Part shown: piece after piece, positions 48,221 to 58,264 of the stretch
Position numbering within the stretch: the first letter of the stretch is position 1
Layout of the letters: the number at the start of each line of letters is the position of its first letter
Source: Bacteroidaceae bacterium
GTDB lineage: Bacteria > Bacteroidota > Bacteroidia > Bacteroidales > Bacteroidaceae
NCBI GenBank assembly: GCA_024680695.1
Contig: JAILBW010000033.1
Span: 1,068 to 65,067, forward strand
DNA length: 64,000 nucleotides
Reading direction: 5' to 3'
Program-made: the position numbers and the translations under genes
The notes under the pieces: generated by a model
What the model saw: only the letters and a program-made list of their open reading frames with translations
Told to the model about the DNA's origin: nothing
Database searches by the model: none

Positions 48221-49078
48221 ATGTGGTGGATGGGTGGCTCTGCCTCACCCCTCGACTTCGCGGGATGGGCAGTCTGCATCCTCGTCACCTATACGCTGGC
48301 CGAGATGGACAACGCACAGCAGCTCATCCGCATCCGCTCCCGCCTGCTCCCCTGCGTCTGGCTCTTCGTGGCTTCGGCAACGCCTGCCCTCCATCCCCTC
48401 TTTGCCGTGCAGCTGCCCGCCTTCTGCCTGGCCACCTCCCACCACCTCCTGCTACGCTGCTACCAGCGCTCCCAGCCCGTGGGCCACGTCTTCCACTGCT
48501 TCCTCCTCCTCGCCTTGGGCAGCCTCCTCTTCCCGCCGATGCTCCTGCTGGCCCTGCCCATGCTCTGCTATCTGTGGCGGCTGATGACTGCACTCACCTG
48601 GCGCACCTTCTCGGCAGCCATGCTGGGCACCGCACTCCCCTACGTCCTATGGGGCTGCTGGTGCCTGCTTTCGGACTGCTACACACCTTTCCTCCTCCAT
48701 TTCCACCCATTCCTTCGCTCTCCGTGGGCCGAGGCAGACATCAGCGCCTACCTCCACTCGGCCCTCCTCTTCCCCTTCGCCCTCATCACTTTGCTCACGC
48801 TGCTGAGCACCCTCCACCACCTCCTCACCCCTTTCTCCGACAAGATTCGCGTCCGCCTCATGCTGCGCGTCTTCATTTTCCAGTCAATACTCTGCTTCGC
48901 TATGTTCTTCGCCCTGCCAGCCAGCCAGCCAGCCGCCACAGCCCTCCTGTTGGTGAGCAGCGCGCCGCTCATCGCCCATTTCTTCGCCCTCACCCGCAAC
49001 AAGTTTACAAACATCCTCTTCCTTGTCGCCCTCCTCGCCTTCGTAGCGCAAATGGTGTGGAGTGTCGTTAACAGATAG
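48221..49078 (+). CDS. Polytopic membrane protein of unknown function
   Basis: About 8 hydrophobic segments. I preferred ATG 48221 over the TTG at 48161, which lies inside the octamer repeat. Confidence 0.5.
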   Translation: MWWMGGSASPLDFAGWAVCILVTYTLAEMDNAQQLIRIRSRLLPCVWLFVASATPALHPLFAVQLPAFCLATSHHLLLRCYQRSQPVGHVFHCFLLLALGSLLFPPMLLLALPMLCYLWRLMTALTWRTFSAAMLGTALPYVLWGCWCLLSDCYTPFLLHFHPFLRSPWAEADISAYLHSALLFPFALITLLTLLSTLHHLLTPFSDKIRVRLMLRVFIFQSILCFAMFFALPASQPAATALLLVSSAPLIAHFFALTRNKFTNILFLVALLAFVAQMVWSVVNR

Positions 49079-49143
49079 GACAGAAGGGTATGCTGAATGC
49101 TATTTGCAAATGCTGCGAGTGAGAGCAGGCTCGACCGAAGGTC

Positions 49144-49164
49144 AAATGCAAAATGCAAAATGCA
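49144..49164. repeat. Heptamer microsatellite (AAATGCA) x3
   Basis: Same unit as 52496-52516, and in inverted form as 24341-24354. Confidence 0.85.
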
Positions 49165-49271
49165 AAAGTCTGCGAGTATATTGAATTGCTGTCCAACAAT
49201 TCGAAACACTTCATTTTTCAGTCAAAGCATAATTTCGATTCCAAAGGCTTTGTCCATTGAAAGAAAAACAA

Positions 49272-49279
49272 TACCTTTG
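49272..49279 (+). promoter_or_regulatory. -7 promoter element TACCTTTG
   Basis: Upstream of the GH5 gene. Implies a 5' UTR of 110-160 nt. Confidence 0.5.
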
Positions 49280-49440
49280 CGGTCAGAAATGATTGAGTCG
49301 CTCCGACCCTGATTTACGAACCCACTTGAAACAATCCTGAAGGAGCCTTCTATCCTAAGCCGAACGGAAGAAATAAGACCTGCTGAACCATGCATCGAAG
49401 AAAGATATTGAACAACCGGGCAAATGTCTGTTTCAAAAGG

Positions 49441-51936
49441 ATGAGCCGCCTTGGACAACTTGCCATTGCCGTCGTGGCCGCAGCGACGAGCGCATTCTCG
49501 CAGGCCAGCGCGAGTGACAGCTTCGTGCGCATCTCCGGCACGAAACTCCTGGGGCGCGACGGACAGACGCTCGTTATGCGCGGAACAAACTGCGGCAACT
49601 GGATGGTGCGCGAACCTTATATGATGAACACCTCAGGCAACTTGGACCGACAGTTCAAGTTCGACAAGATGCTGGCCGATGTGTGCGGCGAGGAAAAGGT
49701 CAGGGAGTTCGACCGTCTCTGGATGGACTACAACTTCTGCGAGGAAGACATGAAGTTCCTGGCCCGACAGGGTTTCAACACTCTGCGTGTTCCCATGCAC
49801 TACAAGTACTTCACCCTGCCCATTGAGAGGGAGCCTGTGGCCGGGGAGCAGACTTGGCTGCAGGAGGGTTTCGACCGCATCGACTCGATGTGCGTTTGGG
49901 CTGAACGATGGGGCATCCTGCTCGTTCTGGACATGCATGCCTGCCCGGGCGGTCAGTCTTCGGGCGACATCTGCGACTACGACTCCTCCAAGCCCTCTTT
50001 GTGGGAGAGCGAGGCCAATCGCACGAAGCTTACAGCCCTGTGGCAGAAGATTGCCGAACGCTACAAGGACGAGAAGTGCATAGCGGCATACGACCTCATC
50101 AACGAGACCAACTGGACGCTGCCCAGCAGCAACAAACTGCTGTGGGACACCTTCAAGGCCATCATCAAAGCCATCCGGCAGGTGGATGTCAACCACATCG
50201 TCGTCCTCGAAGGCAATTCCTACAGCAACGACTATACTGGTTTTCCATCGACAAAGATGGATGCCAAGATGATGTTGCAGTTCCATCGCTATGGGGTCTA
50301 CAACACCAAAAGCCAGGTGCAATACATGGCCGATATGGCGACGAAGTACAGATGCCCTGTCTATATCGGCGAATTTGGCGAGAACAGCAACTCATGGACA
50401 GCCGGATGTGTGCGGCTCTACGAGGAGGCGATGCAGTTCGCCGGCTGGACCTGCTGGCCGATGAAGAAGAGCAACATCAATACCCTCTTGCAGGTGAAGC
50501 GCATCAGCAGCTACGACAATGCCATCAGCAGTTGGCAGAACGGCAACCGGCCCTCGGCCACGACGCTCTGGAATGCCTGCAAGGCATGGGCCGAAGCGCA
50601 GCACATCAGCCGATGCACCGTGCGCACAGACTATGCCGACGCACTTCTGCGCCGGCCGTTCAGCGACGAGTGCCTGCCGTTTGCTGACTATAAGACAGGC
50701 GACTACATATATGCAGCACACTACGACATGGGCGCTCCCGGACGGGCATACTATGACACGGACGATGCCTCCTACCAATACAGCGGCGAGGACTATACTT
50801 CGTGGCAGAGAGGATGGACCTATCGCAACGACGGAGTGGACGTTTACAGCGGCCCCAACGATACCAAGAGCTGCGGATATTACGTAGGAGAAACGAAGGA
50901 CGGTGAATGGCTGCAGTACACGATTGAGAATCCCTACGAGGCAGCTACATGGCAGATGCAACTGCGCTACGCTATCAACTCTGGCACTTCCACAGTACGC
51001 ATTACCGTCAACGACCGCCCCGTTACAGCCTCCACAAAACTCTCGTCCACAGGAGGCTACACCACCTGGAGCACAAGGACCTTTACGGGCATCACCCTGC
51101 CAAAGGGCACCCTCAGCGTGCGCATCTATATAGAAAAAGGTGGGCTGAACATCAATTGGCTGCGCTTCTACGGCATGAAGCAGGCCACGGAGCAGCAGCT
51201 GCAGGACTTGGAGCCCGACACAGACCCCGGGCGCAATCACCTCATCAGCACCGAGTGCGAGTTTCAGGGAGCATGGCAGACGGCAGCGCTGGCATCCATA
51301 AACAACGCCAAGTACACTTGGAACCAGACCACCGATGTGCCATCCGCCGGCAGCGGTGCCGCCCTGAACATCTCCTCGGCGCGCAGCCATTCGCTCAACA
51401 CCGTGATGTACCAGCCTGTGGAGGTGGTAGCCGGGCATCTCTATGCCGCCGACGTAGCCGTCCGTGGCGCCAGCGGCAATGGCGATTTCTGGATTCAAGC
51501 CTTCATGGTCAAGGACAAGCCAAGGGACTATGCCGACTCGGGTCTGGACGAGGCCAACACTATTGGTCAGCTGAATTCGTGGAAGGACAGCTCGCTGCCA
51601 GCCTTCGACGGCAAGATGTCCGCCAAGGCCAAGGCTGGCAGCAACCACAGCGCAGGCGCGATGAAGTGGAAGGCAACGGCCACTGGCACCGTCTATTTTG
51701 CCTTAAAGGTGGGCACGAATAAGACGTCATTCAGCTATTCGTTCGACAACTTCACCCTCACAGACCTCACAGCCATCAACGAGACGGGAGTCCGGTGCGC
51801 AGGGCCTGACGACGCAAGCAGCAGAGCATCAAAGATATACAGCATATCCGGTCAGCCCCTCGAAACAGCACCGAAGCATCCCGGCATTTACATCATCTCC
51901 AACGGCAGGCAAACGCAAAAGGTGATGGTGCGATAG
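49441..51936 (+). CDS. Glycoside hydrolase family 5 enzyme with a CBM6-like module and a T9SS C-terminal sorting domain
   Basis: Signal peptide MSRLGQLAIAVVAAATSAFSQA; the NE(T) acid/base and GEFGE nucleophile blocks of GH5; C-terminal ...IYSISGQPL...GIYIISNGRQTQKVMVR. The ORF is open from 49390. Confidence 0.8.
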   Translation: MSRLGQLAIAVVAAATSAFSQASASDSFVRISGTKLLGRDGQTLVMRGTNCGNWMVREPYMMNTSGNLDRQFKFDKMLADVCGEEKVREFDRLWMDYNFCEEDMKFLARQGFNTLRVPMHYKYFTLPIEREPVAGEQTWLQEGFDRIDSMCVWAERWGILLVLDMHACPGGQSSGDICDYDSSKPSLWESEANRTKLTALWQKIAERYKDEKCIAAYDLINETNWTLPSSNKLLWDTFKAIIKAIRQVDVNHIVVLEGNSYSNDYTGFPSTKMDAKMMLQFHRYGVYNTKSQVQYMADMATKYRCPVYIGEFGENSNSWTAGCVRLYEEAMQFAGWTCWPMKKSNINTLLQVKRISSYDNAISSWQNGNRPSATTLWNACKAWAEAQHISRCTVRTDYADALLRRPFSDECLPFADYKTGDYIYAAHYDMGAPGRAYYDTDDASYQYSGEDYTSWQRGWTYRNDGVDVYSGPNDTKSCGYYVGETKDGEWLQYTIENPYEAATWQMQLRYAINSGTSTVRITVNDRPVTASTKLSSTGGYTTWSTRTFTGITLPKGTLSVRIYIEKGGLNINWLRFYGMKQATEQQLQDLEPDTDPGRNHLISTECEFQGAWQTAALASINNAKYTWNQTTDVPSAGSGAALNISSARSHSLNTVMYQPVEVVAGHLYAADVAVRGASGNGDFWIQAFMVKDKPRDYADSGLDEANTIGQLNSWKDSSLPAFDGKMSAKAKAGSNHSAGAMKWKATATGTVYFALKVGTNKTSFSYSFDNFTLTDLTAINETGVRCAGPDDASSRASKIYSISGQPLETAPKHPGIYIISNGRQTQKVMVR

Positions 51937-52190
51937 AGGAAGTGCGTCGCTGTTTGGTCCCCCCAAAAGAGTTTGTGAGTTCTGTCAGCTACACCATTGT
52001 CTTGAATTCGTCATACTGAAGTATGGAATATGTCTTGGTGCTGGTGATGTCAGCCTTCTTCGTGTCAGACTTCAAGTTACGAATAGCGGCACCGCACTCA
52101 ATAATTGTTACAAAGCGTTAATTGTCAGATATTTATTTGCCGTTCTGATATCTCCCTCGGTTTGTGCGTTCTATGCTACCTTCTGCAGGC

Positions 52191-52274
52191 GGTCGCGCGA
52201 CGGCCCGCGAGTTCGTTTGTGTAACGTCACAAAGGCACACACGACAGCCCGCATCCGAGGTCGCGACGGCCCGC
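52191..52274. repeat. Two copies of GGTCGCG(CG)ACGGCCCGC 68 nt apart, each with a GTCGCG..AC palindrome
   Basis: 52191-52208 and 52259-52274. Confidence 0.75.
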
Positions 52275-52495
52275 ATTGGTCCGTAACGCTCCGACAAGGC
52301 GCAACAAGTTCATTTAACGCTTGAAGATGTCATAGATTTTCTGCACACGAATGACGGAAAAGTCACAAACCACGGGGTTATAAGACGAATATGGATCTAA
52401 GCGACTAAGGCGGATATCTGACGAAATACTGCTGTTTGGGAAAAAAGCCGAAGGTGAGATGGACCACTGGCAGGGGAATGTCTAAATTTTCCATT

Positions 52496-52516
52496 TGCAA
52501 AATGCAAAATGCAAAA
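52496..52516. repeat. Heptamer microsatellite (TGCAAAA) x3
   Basis: Direct reading. Confidence 0.85.
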
Positions 52517-52738
52517 TCGCTTGTTTGCCGAGCTTGGGGGGTGAATACTGTTCGAAGCCCTCTCGGCCAAACGCTGTTTCACCTTCGCTGGTGTGGACAA
52601 CTTCAATGCGTTGCATACATCCGAGAGGTTGAGCATCGGCTTTGCAGAGTGGGAGTGGAATGCCCGATTACGGAGTGCGAGAGGGGGGGATAACTGCAAA
52701 TAAATGGAACTTTGTTAGATAGTTTAGGGATTTTTATG

Positions 52739-52746
52739 TACCTTTG
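52739..52746 (+). promoter_or_regulatory. -7 promoter element TACCTTTG
   Basis: 39 nt upstream of ATG 52785. Confidence 0.55.
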
Positions 52747-52784
52747 CACACCAAAAGACTCCGAAAAAGACCATTAGAAGAGAG

Positions 52785-55700
52785 ATGAAACGTTTCAGAC
52801 TGATAGACAACCTGATGGGTTGGATTGCGTTTGCAGTGGCCGCGGTGGTGTATTGCTGCACGATTGAGCCGACGGCAAGTTTCTGGGATTGTCCCGAGTT
52901 TATCACTACAGCCTACAAGCTGGAGGTGGGCCACCCGCCTGGGGCACCGTTCTTCATGCTGACGGCCAACCTGTTCACGCAGTTCGTCAGCGACCCGACG
53001 CTGGTGGCGAAGATGGTGAACACGATGAGTGCGCTGTTCAGTGCAGCCTGCATCATGTTCCTGTTTTGGAGCATCAGCCACCTGACAAGGAAGCTGGTGG
53101 GCGAAGGCGGCAAGGTGAAGACCCTCGGACAGCTGATCACGGTGGAGGCAGCGGCCATGGTGGGCGCTCTAACGTACACCTTCAGCGATACGTTCTGGTT
53201 CTCGGCCGTCGAGGGTGAGGTGTATGCCTACAGCAGCCTGTTCACGGCGGTCGTCTTCTGGCTGATGCTGAAATGGGAGGACCATGCCGACGAGCCGCAC
53301 TCAGACCGCTGGCTCATCCTGATTGCCTACCTGACGGGACTGAGCATCGGGGTGCACCTGCTCAACCTGCTGTGCCTGCCTGCCCTTGTGCTCATCTATT
53401 ATTATCGCAAGACGCCCAACGCCACGGCAAAGGGCTCGCTCGTAGCCCTTACAGGCTCGGCCGCGCTGGTGGCTGCCGTGCTGTACGGCATAGTGCCGGG
53501 CATCGTGAAGGTGGGCGGATGGTTCGAGCTGCTCTTTGTCAACAAGCTGAACTGCCCGTTCAACACCGGCGTCATCGTGTACCTGATGCTGCTCGTCGGC
53601 ATCGTGCTGTGGAGCATTTGGGAAACGACGGTGCAGCGCAGCCGTAAGAGAATGAATGCTTCGTACATCGTGAGCGTGGGCATGCTGGGCATCCCCTTCT
53701 ACAGCTACGGACTGACGAGCGTGGTGGTGGGCATCGTAGTGATTGCGGCCCTCTTCTTCGTGCTGGGCCTGAAGCGGAACGGAAGCCATTGGGTCTCGGC
53801 GCGAGTGATGAACACCAGCCTGCTGTGCATGCTGATGATCATGGTGGGCTACTCGTCGTATGCCGTCATCGTGATCCGCTCCACGGCCAATACGCCCATG
53901 GACCAGAACTCGCCCGAGGACATCTTCACGCTGGGCCGCTACCTGAGCCGCGAGCAGTACGGCGACCGTCCGCTGTTCTACGGCCAGGCCTATACGAGCC
54001 AGGTGGCGCTGAAGCCCGAGGGGCAGTACTGCGTGCCGGTGAGCAAGAAGGGAGCGCCCGTATATCAGCGCAAGGAGAAGGCCAATGCCGACGAGCCCGA
54101 CCGCTACGAGATACAGCGCTACGACATCGAGTATGTCTATGGCCAGAACATGCTGTTCCCCCGAATGTACAGCGAACATCATGCCAATGCCTACGAAAAC
54201 TGGATGGGCGGCGTGAAGGGCCGGAAGGTGAGCTACGACCGCTGCGGCGAGATGGTGACCGTCAAGGTGCCGACGATGCTGGAGAACCTGCGATTCTTCT
54301 TCAGCTACCAGGTGAACTTCATGTATTGGCGCTACTTCATGTGGAACTTTGCCGGACGTCAGAACGACATCCAGGGCAACGGAGAGTGGGAGCATGGCAA
54401 CTGGATTACGGGCTTCCCCTTCCTGGACAATATGCGCATCGGCAACCAGAGCAAACTGCCGACAGAGCTGCGGGAGAACAAGGGGCACAACGTCTTCTAT
54501 TGCCTGCCGCTGCTGCTGGGACTGCTGGGATTCTTCTGGCAGTTGTACAACAACAAGGACAACAACAACGAGGGGCAGAAGCAGTTCTGGGTGGTCTTCT
54601 TCCTGTTCCTGATGACGGGACTGGCCATCGTGGTCTATCTGAACCAGACACCCCTGCAGCCGCGCGAGCGTGACTATGCCTACGCCGGCTCGTTCTACGC
54701 CTTTGCCATCTGGTGCGGTCTGGGCGTAGCCGCCATCGCCTCGGCCGTGCAGCGCCTGCTGAAGAACGAGACGCTCAGCGCCATCGTGAGCTGCCTGTGC
54801 CTGCTCGTTCCGATACAGATGGCCGGACAGACGTGGGACGACCACGACCGCTCGGGGCGATACACCTGCCGCGACTTCGGACAGAACTACATGAACACCC
54901 TCGACCAGACGCGCTATCCCATCATCTTCACCAACGGGGACAACGACACCTTCCCGCTGTGGTACTGCGTGGAGACGGAGGGCATCCGCACCGACGCGAG
55001 AGCCTGCAACCTGAGCTACCTGCAGACCGACTGGTACATCGACCAGATGAAGCGTCCGGCCTACGACAGCCCCGCCGTGCCCATCCACTGGACAAGGCTG
55101 CAGTACGTAGCGGGGACGAGAGAGGGCATCCCGGTGCGCCCAGGTACGCTCGAACAAGTGCTGGACTACTACAAGGACGATCCCGAGACCATGCGGGAGA
55201 TGCTGGGCGAGAATCCCTACGAACTGAGGAACATCATCGACAAGTGGATTCTGAACCCGAATCCCGACCTGCAGATATTCCCCACGGACAGCGTCGTAGT
55301 GACGGTGGACAAAGAGGCTGTGCGCCGGAGCGGCATGATGATAGCGGGAGACAGCATCCCCGACGTGATGCACATCAGCCTGAAAGGCAAGAGGGCCGTA
55401 TATAAGAGCGAAATGATGATGTATGAGATGCTCGACCAATGCAACTGGGAACGTCCGCTCTACGTGGCCGTCACGGTGGGTAAGGACAACTACGGCAGTC
55501 TGGGCGACAACTTCGTGCAGGAGGGACTGGCCTACCGCATCACGCCGTTCGACACGAAGAAGTCGGGCAAGAACCTGGATACGGAGAAGATGTACGACAA
55601 CATGATGAACCGCTTCCGCTTTGGCGGACTGGAGAATCCCGACGTCTATCTCGACGAGACGGTGACGCGAATGTGCTACACCCATCGCCGGATGTTCTCC

Positions 55701-56153
55701 CTGCTGGCAACGCGACTGCTCGACGAAGGCAAGGTGGACAGCGCATTCCAGGTGGTACAGTATGTGGACAAGGTGATTCCGCCCACGACGCTGCCGCATT
55801 GCTACCAGAGCGGGTCGATGGACATCGCCCGGGTATGGGAACGGCTCGGCCAGAAGAGCAAGGTAGAGGAAATCGTCACACCCCTGGCACAGACGGCATC
55901 GGAGTACATCGAATGGTATCTGGCAATGCCAGCCAAGATGATGGTAATCAACGATGAAGAGTGCATGTATTACATGTATCAGCTGCATGCGGCAGCCGAC
56001 ATACTGCAACGAATCGGGAGCGACAAGGCAATCGAGTGGGCCATGAAGCTGAACGAATACAATACGACAATGCGGACCCGCCTCTATGGCAATGCGCCCA
56101 TCCCAGAGACGACACCGCAGACAGAGCCCATGGAACTCCCAACGGAAGAGTAG
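52785..56153 (+). CDS. DUF2723-family giant membrane protein (glycosyltransferase-C-fold-like)
   Basis: N-terminal IEPTASFWDCPEFITTAYKLEVGHPPGAPFF is the hallmark of the family. About 12 TM segments plus a large soluble C-terminal region. Confidence 0.8.
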   Translation: MKRFRLIDNLMGWIAFAVAAVVYCCTIEPTASFWDCPEFITTAYKLEVGHPPGAPFFMLTANLFTQFVSDPTLVAKMVNTMSALFSAACIMFLFWSISHLTRKLVGEGGKVKTLGQLITVEAAAMVGALTYTFSDTFWFSAVEGEVYAYSSLFTAVVFWLMLKWEDHADEPHSDRWLILIAYLTGLSIGVHLLNLLCLPALVLIYYYRKTPNATAKGSLVALTGSAALVAAVLYGIVPGIVKVGGWFELLFVNKLNCPFNTGVIVYLMLLVGIVLWSIWETTVQRSRKRMNASYIVSVGMLGIPFYSYGLTSVVVGIVVIAALFFVLGLKRNGSHWVSARVMNTSLLCMLMIMVGYSSYAVIVIRSTANTPMDQNSPEDIFTLGRYLSREQYGDRPLFYGQAYTSQVALKPEGQYCVPVSKKGAPVYQRKEKANADEPDRYEIQRYDIEYVYGQNMLFPRMYSEHHANAYENWMGGVKGRKVSYDRCGEMVTVKVPTMLENLRFFFSYQVNFMYWRYFMWNFAGRQNDIQGNGEWEHGNWITGFPFLDNMRIGNQSKLPTELRENKGHNVFYCLPLLLGLLGFFWQLYNNKDNNNEGQKQFWVVFFLFLMTGLAIVVYLNQTPLQPRERDYAYAGSFYAFAIWCGLGVAAIASAVQRLLKNETLSAIVSCLCLLVPIQMAGQTWDDHDRSGRYTCRDFGQNYMNTLDQTRYPIIFTNGDNDTFPLWYCVETEGIRTDARACNLSYLQTDWYIDQMKRPAYDSPAVPIHWTRLQYVAGTREGIPVRPGTLEQVLDYYKDDPETMREMLGENPYELRNIIDKWILNPNPDLQIFPTDSVVVTVDKEAVRRSGMMIAGDSIPDVMHISLKGKRAVYKSEMMMYEMLDQCNWERPLYVAVTVGKDNYGSLGDNFVQEGLAYRITPFDTKKSGKNLDTEKMYDNMMNRFRFGGLENPDVYLDETVTRMCYTHRRMFSLLATRLLDEGKVDSAFQVVQYVDKVIPPTTLPHCYQSGSMDIARVWERLGQKSKVEEIVTPLAQTASEYIEWYLAMPAKMMVINDEECMYYMYQLHAAADILQRIGSDKAIEWAMKLNEYNTTMRTRLYGNAPIPETTPQTEPMELPTEE

Positions 56154-56162
56154 CGGCGGACG

Positions 56163-56777
56163 ATGTTCATCGAGCAGCCCACCAAATTCCTGCGCTGGAT
56201 ATATCCGCATGCTCTCTGGCGCATCAATCCCAGGGAAAGGGCCGTCTATCTCACCTTTGATGACGGACCAATCCCCGAGGCTACGCCCTTCATCCTCGAC
56301 GTGCTGGACCGCTTCGAGGCAAAGGCCACCTTCTTCATGGTCGGAGATAATGCACACAAATATCCCCACCTGCTCGAAGAGGTGAAACGCAGAGGACATC
56401 GCGTAGGGAACCACACCTACAACCATATCGGAGGGTTTCGCTGGAAGACGTGGCACTATCTGGCCAATGCGAAAAAGGCTAACGAGATTTTCCACACAGA
56501 CCTCTTCCGCCCACCTCACGGATGGATGACTCGCGTTCAATACAAAGTGCTGCGCCACTGCGGATACCGGGTGGTGATGTGGGATGTGGTTACGCGCGAC
56601 TACAGCAATCGACTCACAGCCGAAGAGGTGCTGGAAAACGTGAAGACATACACTCGGCCGGGAAGCATCATCACCTTCCACGACTCGCTCAAGAGTATCG
56701 ACAAGCTGAAACATGCATTGCCCGAGGCCCTGCAATGGCTCAAGGACAACCACTACGAATTCCGAATGATCGAGTAG
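56163..56777 (+). CDS. Polysaccharide deacetylase (CE4) family protein
   Basis: LTFDDGP and GNHTYNH NodB motifs. Confidence 0.85.
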   Translation: MFIEQPTKFLRWIYPHALWRINPRERAVYLTFDDGPIPEATPFILDVLDRFEAKATFFMVGDNAHKYPHLLEEVKRRGHRVGNHTYNHIGGFRWKTWHYLANAKKANEIFHTDLFRPPHGWMTRVQYKVLRHCGYRVVMWDVVTRDYSNRLTAEEVLENVKTYTRPGSIITFHDSLKSIDKLKHALPEALQWLKDNHYEFRMIE

Positions 56778-56842
56778 TCGGACCTCGGACAACAACCCAA
56801 AGCGCGAGCGGATTATAAAGGAAAATGAATAATAAGTAAGTC

Positions 56843-57325
56843 ATGGAGAGAATAACCAAGAAGGATCGGCGATACATGCAGGTAGCCATCGAACTGAGCA
56901 TCGAGAATATAGAGAACGGAGGGGGACCCTTCGGTGCAGTTATTGTGCGCGACGACAAGATAGTGGCCACTGGCACCAACCGTGTAACGTCCGACAACGA
57001 CCCGACGGCCCATGCCGAAGTAAATGCCATCCGAGAAGCCTGCGCCCGCGAAAAGAATTTCAAGCTGGACGGCTGTACCATCTACTCTTCGTGCGAACCT
57101 TGCCCAATGTGCCTCGCCGCCATCTACTGGGCAGGAATCTCGAGGGTATTCTATGGCAACACCCAGCAGGATGCCGAGGAAATCGACTTCGGCGACAAGT
57201 TCATCTACGAGGAAATAGCGCGCAACCCGGAATCGCGCAGCATTCCGATGCGGATGATAATGCGGGAAGAGGCTCTTCGCGCCTTTACCGAATGGAAAGA
57301 AAAGGAAGACAAGATACCTTACTGA
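56843..57325 (+). CDS. guaD: Guanine deaminase-type CDA-fold nucleoside/nucleobase deaminase
   Basis: GGGPFGAVIV, PTAHAEVNAIR and CEPCPMC zinc motifs. Confidence 0.75.
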   Translation: MERITKKDRRYMQVAIELSIENIENGGGPFGAVIVRDDKIVATGTNRVTSDNDPTAHAEVNAIREACAREKNFKLDGCTIYSSCEPCPMCLAAIYWAGISRVFYGNTQQDAEEIDFGDKFIYEEIARNPESRSIPMRMIMREEALRAFTEWKEKEDKIPY

Positions 57326-57376
57326 ACCGAAGGAAGTACAACAGCACACTCCCCCACTGTAACATAACAAAAAGCT

Positions 57377-58264
57377 ATGACAGAGAACTGGACCTCGGTA
57401 TTCCTCTCAGGACGACTCGATGCCACGGACTTCGTGGTAATCAACATCGGATATGCCGAAACGCAACACCACTGGGGCAACAAGGACATCTCATCGCCCT
57501 TTGCGCGAATATACTATGTGCAGAAGGGGGAGGCAATTTTCCATCTGCCCAAGGGCGACCTGATTGCACGGCCCGGCTTTATGTACCTGATACCGAACTA
57601 TATGCCACATTCCTACGAATGCACGGCAGGCTTCGGCGTCTATTATCTATACGTATTCCAACGCATTCATCGCCAGACGGACATCTTCGATCTGTACGAA
57701 TTTCCCCACGAAGTGCCGACCATCGATACAATGGGGGTGCTGCTGCAGGGCTTCTGCCACCGCTTCCCGCAACTGAACCTGCCAACTCACGATGCCAACG
57801 CATTCGACAGCCATCCCTCCTTCCACGACTATGTACAACAACACATGCAGCTGGAGCTCTACGAGCGGATGCAGTTGCACGGACTGATAGCTATTGTCTT
57901 CAGTTTCTTTATGAAACAGGGAAAGCCGAAAGCAGAGGTCACCGATCCGCGTATCGCAAAGATAACAGAGTACATCCAGCAACATCTGAATGAACCCATC
58001 AGTATCGAAACGCTGGCCGATCGCGCTTGCCTGACGAATTCGTATCTCATACGAAGTTTCCGTAATACACTCGGTCAAACGCCTCTGCAGTATATACTGC
58101 AAAAGAAAATACAGAAGGCCCAAACCATATTATTGGGCACGGACATGAGTGTGGCCGAGGTGGCGAACGCAGTAGGTTTTCACGATGTGTCCTACTTTAT
58201 CCGTCTCTTTCGCAAGAATTTGGGATTCACGCCGCAGGAATATCGCAAACGGCTTATTGGCTGA
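57377..58264 (+). CDS. AraC-family transcriptional regulator
   Basis: C-terminal dual HTH (LADRACLTNSYLIRSFR...GFHDVSYFIRLFRK). Confidence 0.85.
   Translation: MTENWTSVFLSGRLDATDFVVINIGYAETQHHWGNKDISSPFARIYYVQKGEAIFHLPKGDLIARPGFMYLIPNYMPHSYECTAGFGVYYLYVFQRIHRQTDIFDLYEFPHEVPTIDTMGVLLQGFCHRFPQLNLPTHDANAFDSHPSFHDYVQQHMQLELYERMQLHGLIAIVFSFFMKQGKPKAEVTDPRIAKITEYIQQHLNEPISIETLADRACLTNSYLIRSFRNTLGQTPLQYILQKKIQKAQTILLGTDMSVAEVANAVGFHDVSYFIRLFRKNLGFTPQEYRKRLIG

Noticed and set aside
53301-56795. A 1164-aa ORF on the minus strand, antisense to the DUF2723 and deacetylase genes.
   Set aside because: Its composition is dominated by H/R/G/A/V/L runs with no motifs. It exactly shadows a well-supported sense gene in about 60% GC DNA, where stop codons are rare in antisense frames. 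Similar shadow ORFs were rejected for the same reason: 5081-6421, 9956-11698, 10149-11840, 12393-13640, 24867-26174, 27909-29819, 31207-32571, 42531-43610 and 48223-49071.
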